A stretch of DNA of 64,000 nt from Candidatus Latescibacterota bacterium (lineage in GTDB: Bacteria > Latescibacterota > UBA2968). The stretch's first letter is position 1; every line of letters begins with the position of its first letter. The position numbers and the translations under genes were made by a program. The notes beneath the pieces are model-generated. The model was not told where the DNA came from. It saw only the letters and a list, made by a program, of their open reading frames with translations, and did no database searches. Location of the stretch: NCBI GenBank assembly GCA_965222605.1, contig OZ244960.1:3424001-3488000 (forward strand), in the 5' to 3' direction. Positions 39,498 to 49,640 of this stretch are shown piece after piece.

Positions 39498-39565
39498 TAC
39501 ATAGGGCAACTCAAATGGTGCTCAGGTTCAGGGTTCACTCTCCATCTTTGTCAGGAGGAATTATC

Positions 39566-40378
39566 ATGACACATATAGCAGCAATCATTCTGATTTTGGG
39601 TCTATGTCTGCCACAGGCTCTGTTGGCAGGGGAGGTCTTTCAAGCCGGTGAGATTGACAGCAGCAAGGTTGAAGTCGGTGCCTATGCCGAAGTTATCTAT
39701 GGGACGGGAGAGCGGGATCAAGTCTCAGGGGAGTGGAAGAAACAGGAGGAGGCACAAGAATATATTAAAGCTGTTGATCAAGGAAGTTTGACCATTAGCC
39801 AGGGTTTGGGGAAGCGGATAGCCTTTGAGCGCATACAACAACTGATCCTTGCAGAATCATCTTTCGCAATGGACAGACTAAAAAAGACAATAGATACGCT
39901 TTTTGTGATAGAGACGACAGAGACGCCTTCTATGAGAATGGAGTACATGCCTGGGCGAATTGTTAGCAAGTTGGTCGGTGGCGTTCTTTGCGGAGGCCTT
40001 TTCGGATTTGTGGGGGGCCTGGTCACCGGGAAGGTGTCTTGCAAAAAATCCGACTCTGGAGAGATATGCGGCCTCCTAGCTTTCGTGGTTGGTGGGACAA
40101 TTGGCTATACAGTCGGCGTGCCCTTCGGCGTAAGCGTGCTTGATCCGCATGATCAATTCATGTATTCATTTGCAGGTAGCCTGATAGGAGGCGCAGCAGG
40201 CATTGCACTGACCCGCGCCGAAGAAGAGCTCTGGCCCTCCCTTCTTATCTGCCCACTTGTCGGAGCTACCATTCTGTCTGAGCTTACACGCAAACCGCCA
40301 GAGGCTCGTCGTGTCTCCATCGGTCTGCTACCCGGTCCCAAAGGCAGAGTATCCGCTGTTGCCACGCTTCGATTTTAA
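39566..40378 (+). CDS. Array family A protein 2
   Basis: Same conserved termini, divergent helical core. Confidence 0.85.
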   Translation: MTHIAAIILILGLCLPQALLAGEVFQAGEIDSSKVEVGAYAEVIYGTGERDQVSGEWKKQEEAQEYIKAVDQGSLTISQGLGKRIAFERIQQLILAESSFAMDRLKKTIDTLFVIETTETPSMRMEYMPGRIVSKLVGGVLCGGLFGFVGGLVTGKVSCKKSDSGEICGLLAFVVGGTIGYTVGVPFGVSVLDPHDQFMYSFAGSLIGGAAGIALTRAEEELWPSLLICPLVGATILSELTRKPPEARRVSIGLLPGPKGRVSAVATLRF

Positions 40379-40390
40379 GTAGCTACCAAT

Positions 40391-41454
40391 ACCTGTTTTC
40401 TGCTGCTACTCGGCCCTTGAGTATCGCAACAAAAGAGGGTGTGATAGCCACTCAGAATGTGGCAATTACCCCCATAAAGGTAAAAGCTTCAGGTGGTGAC
40501 GGAGCCTATACATATTCGATAGCAAGCGACCCTACCGGTTTAATAGCGACCGATCCTTCCACAGGTTCTGGTCTTTCTATCGATTCGAATGGCCGCATTA
40601 CTGGCACACCCACAGTGAGTGACGATTTCACGATCACAGTGACCGTGGAAGATGCCCTTGGCCGCGATTTACCCACACAGGTAAGTCGTTCTTTCACCAT
40701 GCGCGTTAAACCGCGCGTGACAGTCTCAGCAATAGGCAGTATCACCGTCACGCAGAACACCTCTATTACCCCTATTCAGGTCTCAGCATCAGGGGGACAA
40801 ACGCCATACTCCTATTCCCTGTCCAGCAACCCTGCCACGGGTTCTAATCTTTCTATCAATGCGACCAGTGGACAAATCACAGGCACACCCACACAGACAG
40901 GCACTTTCATACTTACTGTGACCGATGATCACGGCAGGACAGGAACACGCAGTTTCTCCATGACGGTAAATGCACCCACACACGTTACGCCGCCGCTGAC
41001 AATCGCAGAGATAAATGATATAACCGTCAAGATAAGTGGTGTGCAGACAAATAGCCCCATTACCCCTATTCAGGTCTCAGCATCAGGAGGACAGACGCCT
41101 TATGCCTATTCTCTGTCCAGCAATCCAGCCACAGGTTCTGGTCTGTCCATCAATGCAACCAATGGTCAAATCACTGGCACACCCACACAGGCAGGCTCTT
41201 TTACACTAACCGTGAGTGTAACGGATAATGCAAGTACGACTGCAACTGAAAGTTTCTCAATGGCTGTCCGTCTGATAGGTGACTTTAATGGTGATGGTGT
41301 GGTCAATATATCAGATCATTTACTTTTTTTAGAAGTGTTTGGTCTAACCGAAGATGACGATGGTTTTAATGCTGAGATGGATCTGGATGGCGATGGAACC
41401 ATTGGTATTCCCGATTTTCTGATCTTTGTAGATAACTTTGGCTCTTCTGCATAG
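40391..41454 (+). pseudogene. Orphan tail cassette 2 (3 Ig + dockerin)
   Basis: Tail homolog with an extra Ig unit (VKPRVTVSAIGSITVTQNTS) absent from the full-length gene. Confidence 0.8.
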
Positions 41455-41496
41455 TTTTTTAGTGCAAGAGACCTCTCTTTGTCAGGAGGAATCATC

Positions 41497-42078
41497 ATGA
41501 GACATATAGCAGCAATCGTACTGATTTTGGGATTCTGTCTGCCCCAGGCTCTGTTGGCAGGGGAGGTCCTTCAAGTCGGTGAGATTGACAGGCTTAAAGA
41601 GACAACTGATACGCTTTCTGTAAAAAAAGAGAACAAATCCAGACGGATTGTTGGCAAGTTGGCAGGTGGTGTCCTGGGGGGAACACTTTTCGCCCTTGCG
41701 GGGGGCGCAGCCAGTGCAGCGATCAGTGACTGTACAGAGGACGAGACATTTTGTAAATTAGGAGATAGTTTAATTGGTGGATGGGTTGGCTATCTCGTCG
41801 GCGTACCCATAGGCATTAACCGAATGGATCCATACGATCAATTTAAGTATTCATTGGCAGGTAGCCTGATGGGAGGTGCTGCAAGTCTTGCGGTGTTCAC
41901 GATGGTGGAAGACGAGACAGCGGAAAACCTCTGGCCAGCCCTTGTTATCTGCCCTCTTGTTGGCGCGGCGATCATGTCCGAGTTTTTTCGAAAACCGTTA
42001 GAGAATCGTCGTGTCTCTATCGGTCTGCTACCCGGTCCCAAAGGAAGAATATCCGCTGTTGCCACGCTTCGATTTTAA
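41497..42078 (+). CDS. Array family A protein 3 (Sm-like domain deleted in frame)
   Basis: GEID fused directly to RLKE; conserved termini. Confidence 0.8.
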   Translation: MRHIAAIVLILGFCLPQALLAGEVLQVGEIDRLKETTDTLSVKKENKSRRIVGKLAGGVLGGTLFALAGGAASAAISDCTEDETFCKLGDSLIGGWVGYLVGVPIGINRMDPYDQFKYSLAGSLMGGAASLAVFTMVEDETAENLWPALVICPLVGAAIMSEFFRKPLENRRVSIGLLPGPKGRISAVATLRF

Positions 42079-42148
42079 GTAGCTGCCAGTGCCTTTGTCT
42101 CAAGGGAAATGAGCCAGTAACCCCGTAACCTGAACCATGTTTGAACTG

Positions 42149-42942
42149 CTGGCGCACCTTCAGCGAGTGGAAATTTCACGATCACAGTGACCGTGGAAGA
42201 TGCCCCTGGCCGTGATTTACCCACACAGGTAAGTCGCTCTTTCTCCATGACGGTCAATGCACCCACACACGTTACGCCGCCGCTGACAATCGCAGAGATA
42301 GATGATATAGCGATCAAGATCAGTGGTGTACAGACGAACAGCCCGATTACGCCTATTCAGGTCTCAGCATCAGGCGGACAAACGCCTTATACTTATTCCA
42401 TGTCCAGCAACCCTGCCACTGGTTCTGGTCTGTCCATCAATGCGAGCAACGGACAGATCACAGGCACGCCAACACAAAGAGGCACTTTCACACTGACTGT
42501 GACTGTAACGGATAATGCAAGTACGACTGCAACTGAAAGTTTCTCAATGGCTGTCCGTCTGATAGGTGACTTTAATGGTGATGGTGTGGTCAATATATCA
42601 GATCATTTACTTTTTTTAGAAGTGTTTGGTCTAACAACACTTCGGACAGTTTTTAGGTGTAGAGGTTCTTTGAAATCAACAGGTTAGATGAGGCCCCATG
42701 TTTTATTTGCAACTTAGACCTATACCTTGAGTTTAATAAAAAAACAGATAATTCTGTAACCTTTTGTATTATAGAGACTTAGGATTTTTTGAATAATTGA
42801 AGACCGATCAAAAAGTGTCCGAACCATTGGTCTAACCGAAGATGACGATGGTTTTAATGCTGAGATGGATTTGAATGGCGATGGAACCATTGGTATTCCC
42901 GATTTTCTGATCTTTGTAAGTCACTTTGGCTCCTCTGCATAG
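42149..42942 (+). pseudogene. Orphan tail cassette 3, interrupted by a MITE
   Basis: Tail homology resumes exactly after the 195-bp insertion. Confidence 0.82.
42635..42829. mobile_element. MITE / non-autonomous IS derivative (195 bp)
   Basis: Imperfect TIRs CAACACTTCGGACAGTTTTT and CAATGGTTCGGACACTTTTT (reverse complement); GTCTAA duplicated at 42629-42634 and 42830-42835; the empty site is seen in sister repeats. Confidence 0.85.
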
Positions 42943-42985
42943 TTTTTTTAGTGCAGGAGACAGATCTTTACCAGGAGGAATCATC

Positions 42986-43807
42986 ATGACACATCTAACT
43001 ACAATCGTTCTGCTTTTGGGTCTCTGTCTGCCCCAGGCTCTGATAGCAGGGGAGATCCTTGAAGCCGGTGAGATTGACAGCAGCAAGGTAAAAGTCGGTG
43101 CCTATGCCGAGATCATCTATGGGACGGGTGAGCGGGATCAAGTCTCAAGGGAGTGGAAGAAACTGGACACGGCACAAGGATATATTAAAGCTGTTGATCA
43201 AGAGAGTTTGACGATTGGACGCGGTCTTTGGAAAGAGCAGATCGCTTTCGAGCGTATTCAAAAGCTGATCCTTGCAAGGTCTGACCGCGAAATAGACAGG
43301 CTTAAAAAGATGACGGATACGCTTTCTGTAATAGATAACAGACGACAAGGACAAAATAGTACAGGCGGAGGACGGATTACCAAAAAGTTGGCGGGCGGCG
43401 TTCTTGCAGGATTTCTATTCGGCATGGCGGGAGGCACAGCAGCAGCAGCGATCACTGACTGCAAAAAGGACGAGACATTCTGTGAATTAGGAAATTTTGT
43501 AACTGGTGGGTGGTATGGCTATGTCGTCGGCGTACCCATAGGCATGAACCGAATGGATCCATACGATCAATTTAAGTTTTCATTGGCAGGCAGCCTGATT
43601 GGAGGTGCTGCAAGTCTTGTGGTGTTCAAGATAGTGGAAAATGAAACAGCAGAAGAACTCTGGCCAGTCCTTTTTATCAGTCCCCTTGTCGGAGCTACAA
43701 TTATGTCCGAGTTGTTTCGAAAACCGTTAGAGAACCGTCGTGTCTCTATCGGTCTGCTACCCGGTCCCAAAGGAAGAGTATCCGCTGTTGCCACACTTCG
43801 ATTTTGA
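42986..43807 (+). CDS. Array family A protein 4
   Basis: AGGAGG RBS, conserved termini. Confidence 0.85.
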   Translation: MTHLTTIVLLLGLCLPQALIAGEILEAGEIDSSKVKVGAYAEIIYGTGERDQVSREWKKLDTAQGYIKAVDQESLTIGRGLWKEQIAFERIQKLILARSDREIDRLKKMTDTLSVIDNRRQGQNSTGGGRITKKLAGGVLAGFLFGMAGGTAAAAITDCKKDETFCELGNFVTGGWYGYVVGVPIGMNRMDPYDQFKFSLAGSLIGGAASLVVFKIVENETAEELWPVLFISPLVGATIMSELFRKPLENRRVSIGLLPGPKGRVSAVATLRF

Positions 43808-43820
43808 AGAAGCTACTAAT

Positions 43821-44602
43821 ACCTGTCTGTTTCTGCGGCTACCCAGCCCTTGAGTATCGCGACAATAGCGGATGTGATAGCCACTCAGGATGTGGCAATT
43901 ACCCCCATACAGGTAGTGGCTTCAGGTGGTGGCGGGTCCTATACGTATTCGATAGCGAGCGACCCTTCCACAGGCTCTGGCCTTTCTATCGATTCGAATG
44001 GTCGCATCACGGGCAGACCCACAGCGAGTGGAAATTTCACGATCACAGTGACCGTGGAAGATGCCCCTGGCCGTGATTTACCCACACAGGTAAGTCGCTC
44101 TTTCTCCATGACGGTCAATGCACCCACACACGTTACGCCGCCGCTGACAATCGCAGAGATAAATGATATAACAGTCAAGATAAGTGGCGTGCAGACAAAT
44201 AGCCCCATTACTCCTATTCAGGTCTCAGCATCAGGAGGACAAACACCTTATGCCTATTCCATATCCAGCAATCCAGCCACAGGTTCTGGTCTGTCCATCA
44301 ATGCGAGCAACGGACAGATCACAGGCACGCCAACACAAAGAGGCACTTTCACACTTACTGTGACTGTAACGGATAATGCAAGTACGACGGCAACTGAAAG
44401 GTTCTCCATGGCTGTCAGTCTGATAGGTGACTTTAATGGTGATGGTGTGGTCAATATATCAGATCATTTACTTTTTTTAGAAGTGTTTGGTCTAACCGAA
44501 GATGACGATGGTTTTAATGCTGAGATGGATTTGAATGGCGATGGAACCATTGGTATTCCCGATTTTCTGATCTTTGTAAGTCACTTTGGCTCCTCTGCAT
44601 AG
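43821..44602 (+). pseudogene. Orphan tail cassette 4
   Basis: Tail homolog, headless. Confidence 0.8.
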
Positions 44603-44645
44603 TTTTTTTAGTGCAGGAGACAGATCTTTACCAGGAGGAATCATC

Positions 44646-45437
44646 ATGACACATCTAACTACAATCGTTCTGATCTTGGGTCTCTGTCTGCCACAGGCTC
44701 TGTTGGCAGGGGAGGTCCTTCAAGCCGGTGAGATTGACAGCAGCAAGGTTGAAGTCGGTGCCTATGCCGAGGTCATCTATGGGACGGGTGAGCGGGATCA
44801 AGTCTCAGGGAAGTGGGAGAAACTGGATACCGCACAAGGATATGTTAAAGCTGTTGATGCAGAGAGTCTGACCATTAGCCAGGGTTTGGGGAAGCGGATA
44901 GCCTTTGAGCGCATACAACAACTGATCCTTACAGAATCATCTTTCCAAATGGACAGGCTTAAAAAGACAACTGATACGCTTTCTGAAAAAAAAGAGAACA
45001 AACCCAATAGAATTGTCGGCAAGTTGGCAAGTGGTGTCCTGGGGGGGACACTTTCCGGCCTTGCGGGGGGCTTAGTCGGAATAAATGTCGGTGACTGCTC
45101 AGAGAAAGAAAGATTTTGTGAAGAAGAACATTTTGTAATTGGTGGATGGATTGGCTATCTCGTCGGCGTGCCCGCTGGCATGAGCGCATTTGATTCATGC
45201 GATCAATTTAAGTATTCATTGGCAGGTAGCCTGATCGGAGGTGCTGCAAGTCTTGTGATATTCACAGATGAAGAGACCCTGGAAGACTTATGGCCAGCCC
45301 TTTTTATTTCTCCCTTTGTCGGCGCAGCGATCATGTCCGAGTTTTCCCGAAAATTGCCAGAGGGTCGTCGTGTCTCCATCGGCCTGCTACCCGGTCCCAA
45401 AGGCAGAGTATCCGCTATTGCCACGCTTCGATTTTGA
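44646..45437 (+). CDS. Array family A protein 5
   Basis: AGGAGG RBS, conserved termini. Confidence 0.85.
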   Translation: MTHLTTIVLILGLCLPQALLAGEVLQAGEIDSSKVEVGAYAEVIYGTGERDQVSGKWEKLDTAQGYVKAVDAESLTISQGLGKRIAFERIQQLILTESSFQMDRLKKTTDTLSEKKENKPNRIVGKLASGVLGGTLSGLAGGLVGINVGDCSEKERFCEEEHFVIGGWIGYLVGVPAGMSAFDSCDQFKYSLAGSLIGGAASLVIFTDEETLEDLWPALFISPFVGAAIMSEFSRKLPEGRRVSIGLLPGPKGRVSAIATLRF

Positions 45438-45508
45438 GTTAGCTACCGGTGTATTTATCTCAAGGGGAACGAGCCTGTAACCCCGTAACCTGAACCATGT
45501 TTGAACTG

Positions 45509-46115
45509 CTGGCGCACACCTTCAGCGAGTGGAAATTTCACGATCACAGTGACCGTGGAAGATGCCCCTGGCCGTGATTTACCCACACAGGTAAGTCGCT
45601 CTTTCTCCATGACGGTCAATGCACCCACACACGTTACGCCGCCGCTGACAATCGCAGAGATAAATGATATAACAGTCAAGATAAGTGGCGTGCAGACGAA
45701 CAGCCCGATTACGCCTATTCAGGTCTCAGCATCAGGCGGACAAACACCTTATGCCTATTCCATATCCAGCAATCCAGCCACAGGTTCTGGTCTGTCCATC
45801 AATGCGAGCAACGGACAGATCACAGGCACGCCAACACAAAGAGGCACTTTCACACTAACTGTGACTGTAACGGATAATGCAAGTACGACTGCAACTGAAA
45901 GGTTCTCAATGGCTGTCAGTCTGATAGGTGACTTTAATGGTGATGGTGTGGTCAATTTATCAGATCATTTACTTTTTTTAGAAGTGTTTGGTCTAACCGA
46001 AGATGACGATGGTTTTAATGCCGAAATGGATCTGAATGACGATGGAACCATTGATGTTGCCGATTTTCTGATCTTTGTAAGTCACTACCCTGGCACCGCT
46101 ACTCGGTTTTTTTAG
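45509..46115 (+). pseudogene. Orphan tail cassette 5 (ends YPGTATRFF)
   Basis: Tail homolog, headless. Confidence 0.8.
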
Positions 46116-46183
46116 TGCAGGAGACAGCTTTTTGACTTTTGAGCGGAATCAATGAGATACATTTGTTTCAAAAGGAGAAACAC

Positions 46184-47278
46184 ATGAAAAAATTAGCTGC
46201 TGTCTTTGTAACCGCGACCCTCTTCCTCAACGCGATGGCTCCTACACTCGCGTATGCAGCCACATACCTGCGAGGCAAAGAGGTCAATGCCAACACGCTC
46301 ATTCAAGATGCTTATGTTGCTGTCACCTATTTCGACAGCAAAAATAAACGGATATTAGACAAGGGCTGGATTGATGCGATTGGCGAGACCACATTTCGGA
46401 TTCGATTCAGAGCACTTTTTGGCAAGAAGACGATTGCTTACGACAAAGTGCTGTCAGTGATCATGAGCGAAGAAGCAACCACACGAGGCAAGCAAATCAA
46501 TGAGGTGGATCGGTTTATTCGAGACATGAAAAAACAAGAGGCAAAAGCATTAGAGACAGAGCAAGCTGCTATCCAACGGCTCAATCAAAAGACCGTCACA
46601 ATCATGCCACGCGGACAGGTTGACCCGTCAGAGATCACAAAGGGATGGTATGCCCATATCGTCTATACATCTCAGGGGGCCACAGGAAAAGCTACCAGCC
46701 AAATTGCGGACAAGGACTCAAGCCGTATTGCCCTCAAACATGGGTTTGATACCCAGAACATAGTTTATGATCATATTGATACCCTCATTGTCGCCAAACA
46801 CCTGCGAGAGATTGAGCAATATCGAGAAACCGGTGCGAAATACAATGCCCGGGTGCGTGTATATGCCCCGTCCATTCAGAAAGGACAGATGGTTGGCAAG
46901 CTCATTAAAATGCTGCAAGACACACTCATTATCCAGAAAGGGCGTAGCTTTTATCAGGTGCCTGTTTCATCAATCTCTAAATTCGACGTCAGTATCAAAC
47001 AATATAGAAATACAAGCAAAGGATTGAAAATCGGTCTTGCTGCTGGGGCTGGTGTAGCTATCCTGATAAATATTCCCGATTCGAGTGGCGATTTGCAAGG
47101 ATTGGCTGAATTATTAGCCACTGTGATAATCGTACCACCAATTGTAGTTATCTCCACTCTGATTGGTGCAATAACAAAATCAGACAAATGGGTCGAAGTG
47201 TCTCCCCAACGCCTCAACTTGAGCCTTGCACCCACATCCAGCAAAGGGCTTCACGCTGCACTCACCTTCAACTTTTAG
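46184..47278 (+). CDS. Array family B protein 1 (signal peptide, ~3 small beta domains, hydrophobic hairpin, C-terminal beta-hairpin-Phe)
   Basis: AAGGAG RBS; MKKLAAVFVTATLFLNAMAPTLAYA; ends RLNLSLAPTSSKGLHAALTFNF. Confidence 0.85.
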   Translation: MKKLAAVFVTATLFLNAMAPTLAYAATYLRGKEVNANTLIQDAYVAVTYFDSKNKRILDKGWIDAIGETTFRIRFRALFGKKTIAYDKVLSVIMSEEATTRGKQINEVDRFIRDMKKQEAKALETEQAAIQRLNQKTVTIMPRGQVDPSEITKGWYAHIVYTSQGATGKATSQIADKDSSRIALKHGFDTQNIVYDHIDTLIVAKHLREIEQYRETGAKYNARVRVYAPSIQKGQMVGKLIKMLQDTLIIQKGRSFYQVPVSSISKFDVSIKQYRNTSKGLKIGLAAGAGVAILINIPDSSGDLQGLAELLATVIIVPPIVVISTLIGAITKSDKWVEVSPQRLNLSLAPTSSKGLHAALTFNF

Positions 47279-47313
47279 GGATGTAAATGATTCAAATGTA
47301 GAGTCGAAGTGCG

Positions 47314-47424
47314 TCAAAACAACCCATACCTTTTCATCCTCTTCCTCAGAGCCATCCTCGAGATATCCAGAAACGTAGCCGCGTGGACCTGGTTCTCTCT
47401 GTTCGTCGCAATACCCTTTGTATT
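47314..47424 (-). pseudogene. 3' remnant of a sigma54-activator Fis-type HTH
   Basis: Reverse complement encodes IQRVLRRTE/NQVHAATFLDISRMALRKRMKRYGLF*, homologous to IQEALRRTEGNQVRAAELLGISRMVLRYRMKRCGL* at 17272-17379. Confidence 0.8.
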
Positions 47425-47808
47425 CAGGTCTCAGTATCAGGCGGACAAACGCCTTATGCGTATGCCCTATCCAGCAATCCCGCCACAGGTTCTGGTCTGT
47501 CCATCAATTCCAGCAGTGGGCAGATCACAGGCACACCCACGCAGAGAGACTCTTTTACACTGACCGTGACGGTAACCGATAATGCAAATACGACTGCAAC
47601 TGAAAGTTTTTCAATGGTTGTCAGTCTGATAGGCGACTTTAATGATGATGGTATGGTCGATGTAGCAGATCATTTACTTTTTGTAGCTGTGTTTGGTCTA
47701 TCCGAAGGTGATGATGGTTTTAATGCTGATATGGACCTAAATGGCGATGGAACCATTGGCACGCCTGATTTTCTAATCTTTGTCAGTCACTTTGGCTCCT
47801 CTGCATAG
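47421..47808 (+). pseudogene. Orphan tail cassette 6 (partial Ig + dockerin)
   Basis: Tail homolog, more diverged than most copies. Confidence 0.78.
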
Positions 47809-47884
47809 TTTTTTAGTACAGGAGATAGCTCATTGACTTTTGAGCGGAATCAATGAGGTATATTTATCTCAAAAGGAGAACCGC

Positions 47885-48970
47885 ATGAAAAAATTAGCTG
47901 CTGTCTTTGTAACCGCGACCCTCTTCCTCAACGCGATGGCTCCTACACTCGCGTATGCAGCCACATACCTGCGAGGCAAAGAGGTCAATGCCAACACGCT
48001 CATTCAAGATGCTTATGTTGCTGTCACCTATTTCGACAGCAAAAATAAACGGATATTAGACAAGGGCTGGATTGATGCGATTGACGAGACTTCGTTTACC
48101 ATTCGGAATGGTCTGTGGGGGAAAAAGACGATTGCTTATACCAAAATCTTGTCACTGGTTATGAGCGAAGAAGCAACCACGTTAAGGCAAATGAATGAGG
48201 TAAATCGGTGGTTTAGTGGAAATATGGCAGAAAGAGGACCAGAGACAGAGCAAGCCGCTATCCAACGGCTCAATCAAAAGACCGTCACAATCAGGCCACG
48301 CGGACAGATTGAACCGGCAGAGATCACAAAGGGATGGTATGCTCACGTCGTCTATACATCTCAAAGAGCCACTGGAAAAGCCATTAGTCGAATTGCCGAT
48401 AAAGACACCAGCCACATCGCACTCAAATATGGGTTTGATACCCATAACATAGCTTATGCTGACATTGATACCCTCATTGTCGCCAAACACAGACGAGATA
48501 TCGAGAGATATCGAGAGACTGGAGCCAAATACAATGCCCGAGTGCGTGTGTATGCCCCGTCAATTCAGAAGGGACAAATGGTTGGCAATTTCGTTAACAT
48601 GATGCAAGACACGCTCGTTATTCAAAGAGGACGTAGCTTTTTTCAGGTGCCTGTTTCTTCAATCTCTACATTCGACATCAGCATCAAACAGTACAGAAAC
48701 ACAGGCAAAGGCTTGATAATTGGGCTTGCTGCCGGGGCTGGTATGGCTATCCTGATAAATTTTCCCACGGATGAGGTACCCGATTTGCAAGGATTAGTTC
48801 AAGTATACGCCACTATGATAATCGTACCCTCAATTGTAGTTATCTCCACTCTGATCGGTGCAATGAAGAAATCCGACAAATGGGTCGAAGTGTCTCCCCA
48901 ACGCCTCAACCTGAGCCTTGTACCCACATCCGGTAAAGGACTTCTCGCCGCGCTCACATTCAATTTCTAA
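47885..48970 (+). CDS. Array family B protein 2
   Basis: Paralog of 46184-47278 with an identical N-terminus. Confidence 0.85.
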   Translation: MKKLAAVFVTATLFLNAMAPTLAYAATYLRGKEVNANTLIQDAYVAVTYFDSKNKRILDKGWIDAIDETSFTIRNGLWGKKTIAYTKILSLVMSEEATTLRQMNEVNRWFSGNMAERGPETEQAAIQRLNQKTVTIRPRGQIEPAEITKGWYAHVVYTSQRATGKAISRIADKDTSHIALKYGFDTHNIAYADIDTLIVAKHRRDIERYRETGAKYNARVRVYAPSIQKGQMVGNFVNMMQDTLVIQRGRSFFQVPVSSISTFDISIKQYRNTGKGLIIGLAAGAGMAILINFPTDEVPDLQGLVQVYATMIIVPSIVVISTLIGAMKKSDKWVEVSPQRLNLSLVPTSGKGLLAALTFNF

Positions 48971-48981
48971 TCAATTTCTAA

Positions 48982-49596
48982 TCTATCGATTCGAATGGCC
49001 GCATCACTGGCGCACCCACACTGAGTGGAGATTTCACGATCAGAGTGACCGTGGAAGATGCCCCTCCTGTCCGTGCTCCCTCCACACAAGTAAGTCGCTC
49101 TTTCTTCATGACGGTCAATGCACCTACAACTCCGACACTGACAATCGCAGAGATAGATGATATAACCGTCAAAATCAGTGGTGTGCAGACGAACAGCCCC
49201 ATTACCCCTATTCAGGTCTCAGCATCAGGAGGACAAACGCCATACTCCTATTCCCTGTCCAGCAACCCTGCCACAGGTTCTGGTCTGTCCATCAATGCAA
49301 CCAATGGTCAAATCACTGGCACACCCACACAGGCAGGCTCTTTTACACTAACCGTGAGTGTAACGGATAATGCAAGTACGACTGCAACTGAAAGTTTCTC
49401 AATGGCTGTCAGTCTGATAGGTGACTTTAATGGTGATGGTGTGGTCAATATATCAGATCATTTACTTTTTTTAGAAGTGTTTGGTCTAACCGAAGATGAC
49501 GATGGTTTTAATGCTGAGATGGATTTGAATGGCGATGGAACCATTGGCACGCCCGATTTTCTGATCTTTGTAAGTCACTTTGGCTCCTCTGCATAG
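48982..49596 (+). pseudogene. Orphan tail cassette 7
   Basis: Tail homolog, preceded by an 11-bp tandem duplication CAATTTCTAAT (48961-48982). Confidence 0.8.
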
Positions 49597-49640
49597 CTTT
49601 TTTCGTGCAGGAGACCTCTCTTTGTCAAGAGGAATACATC

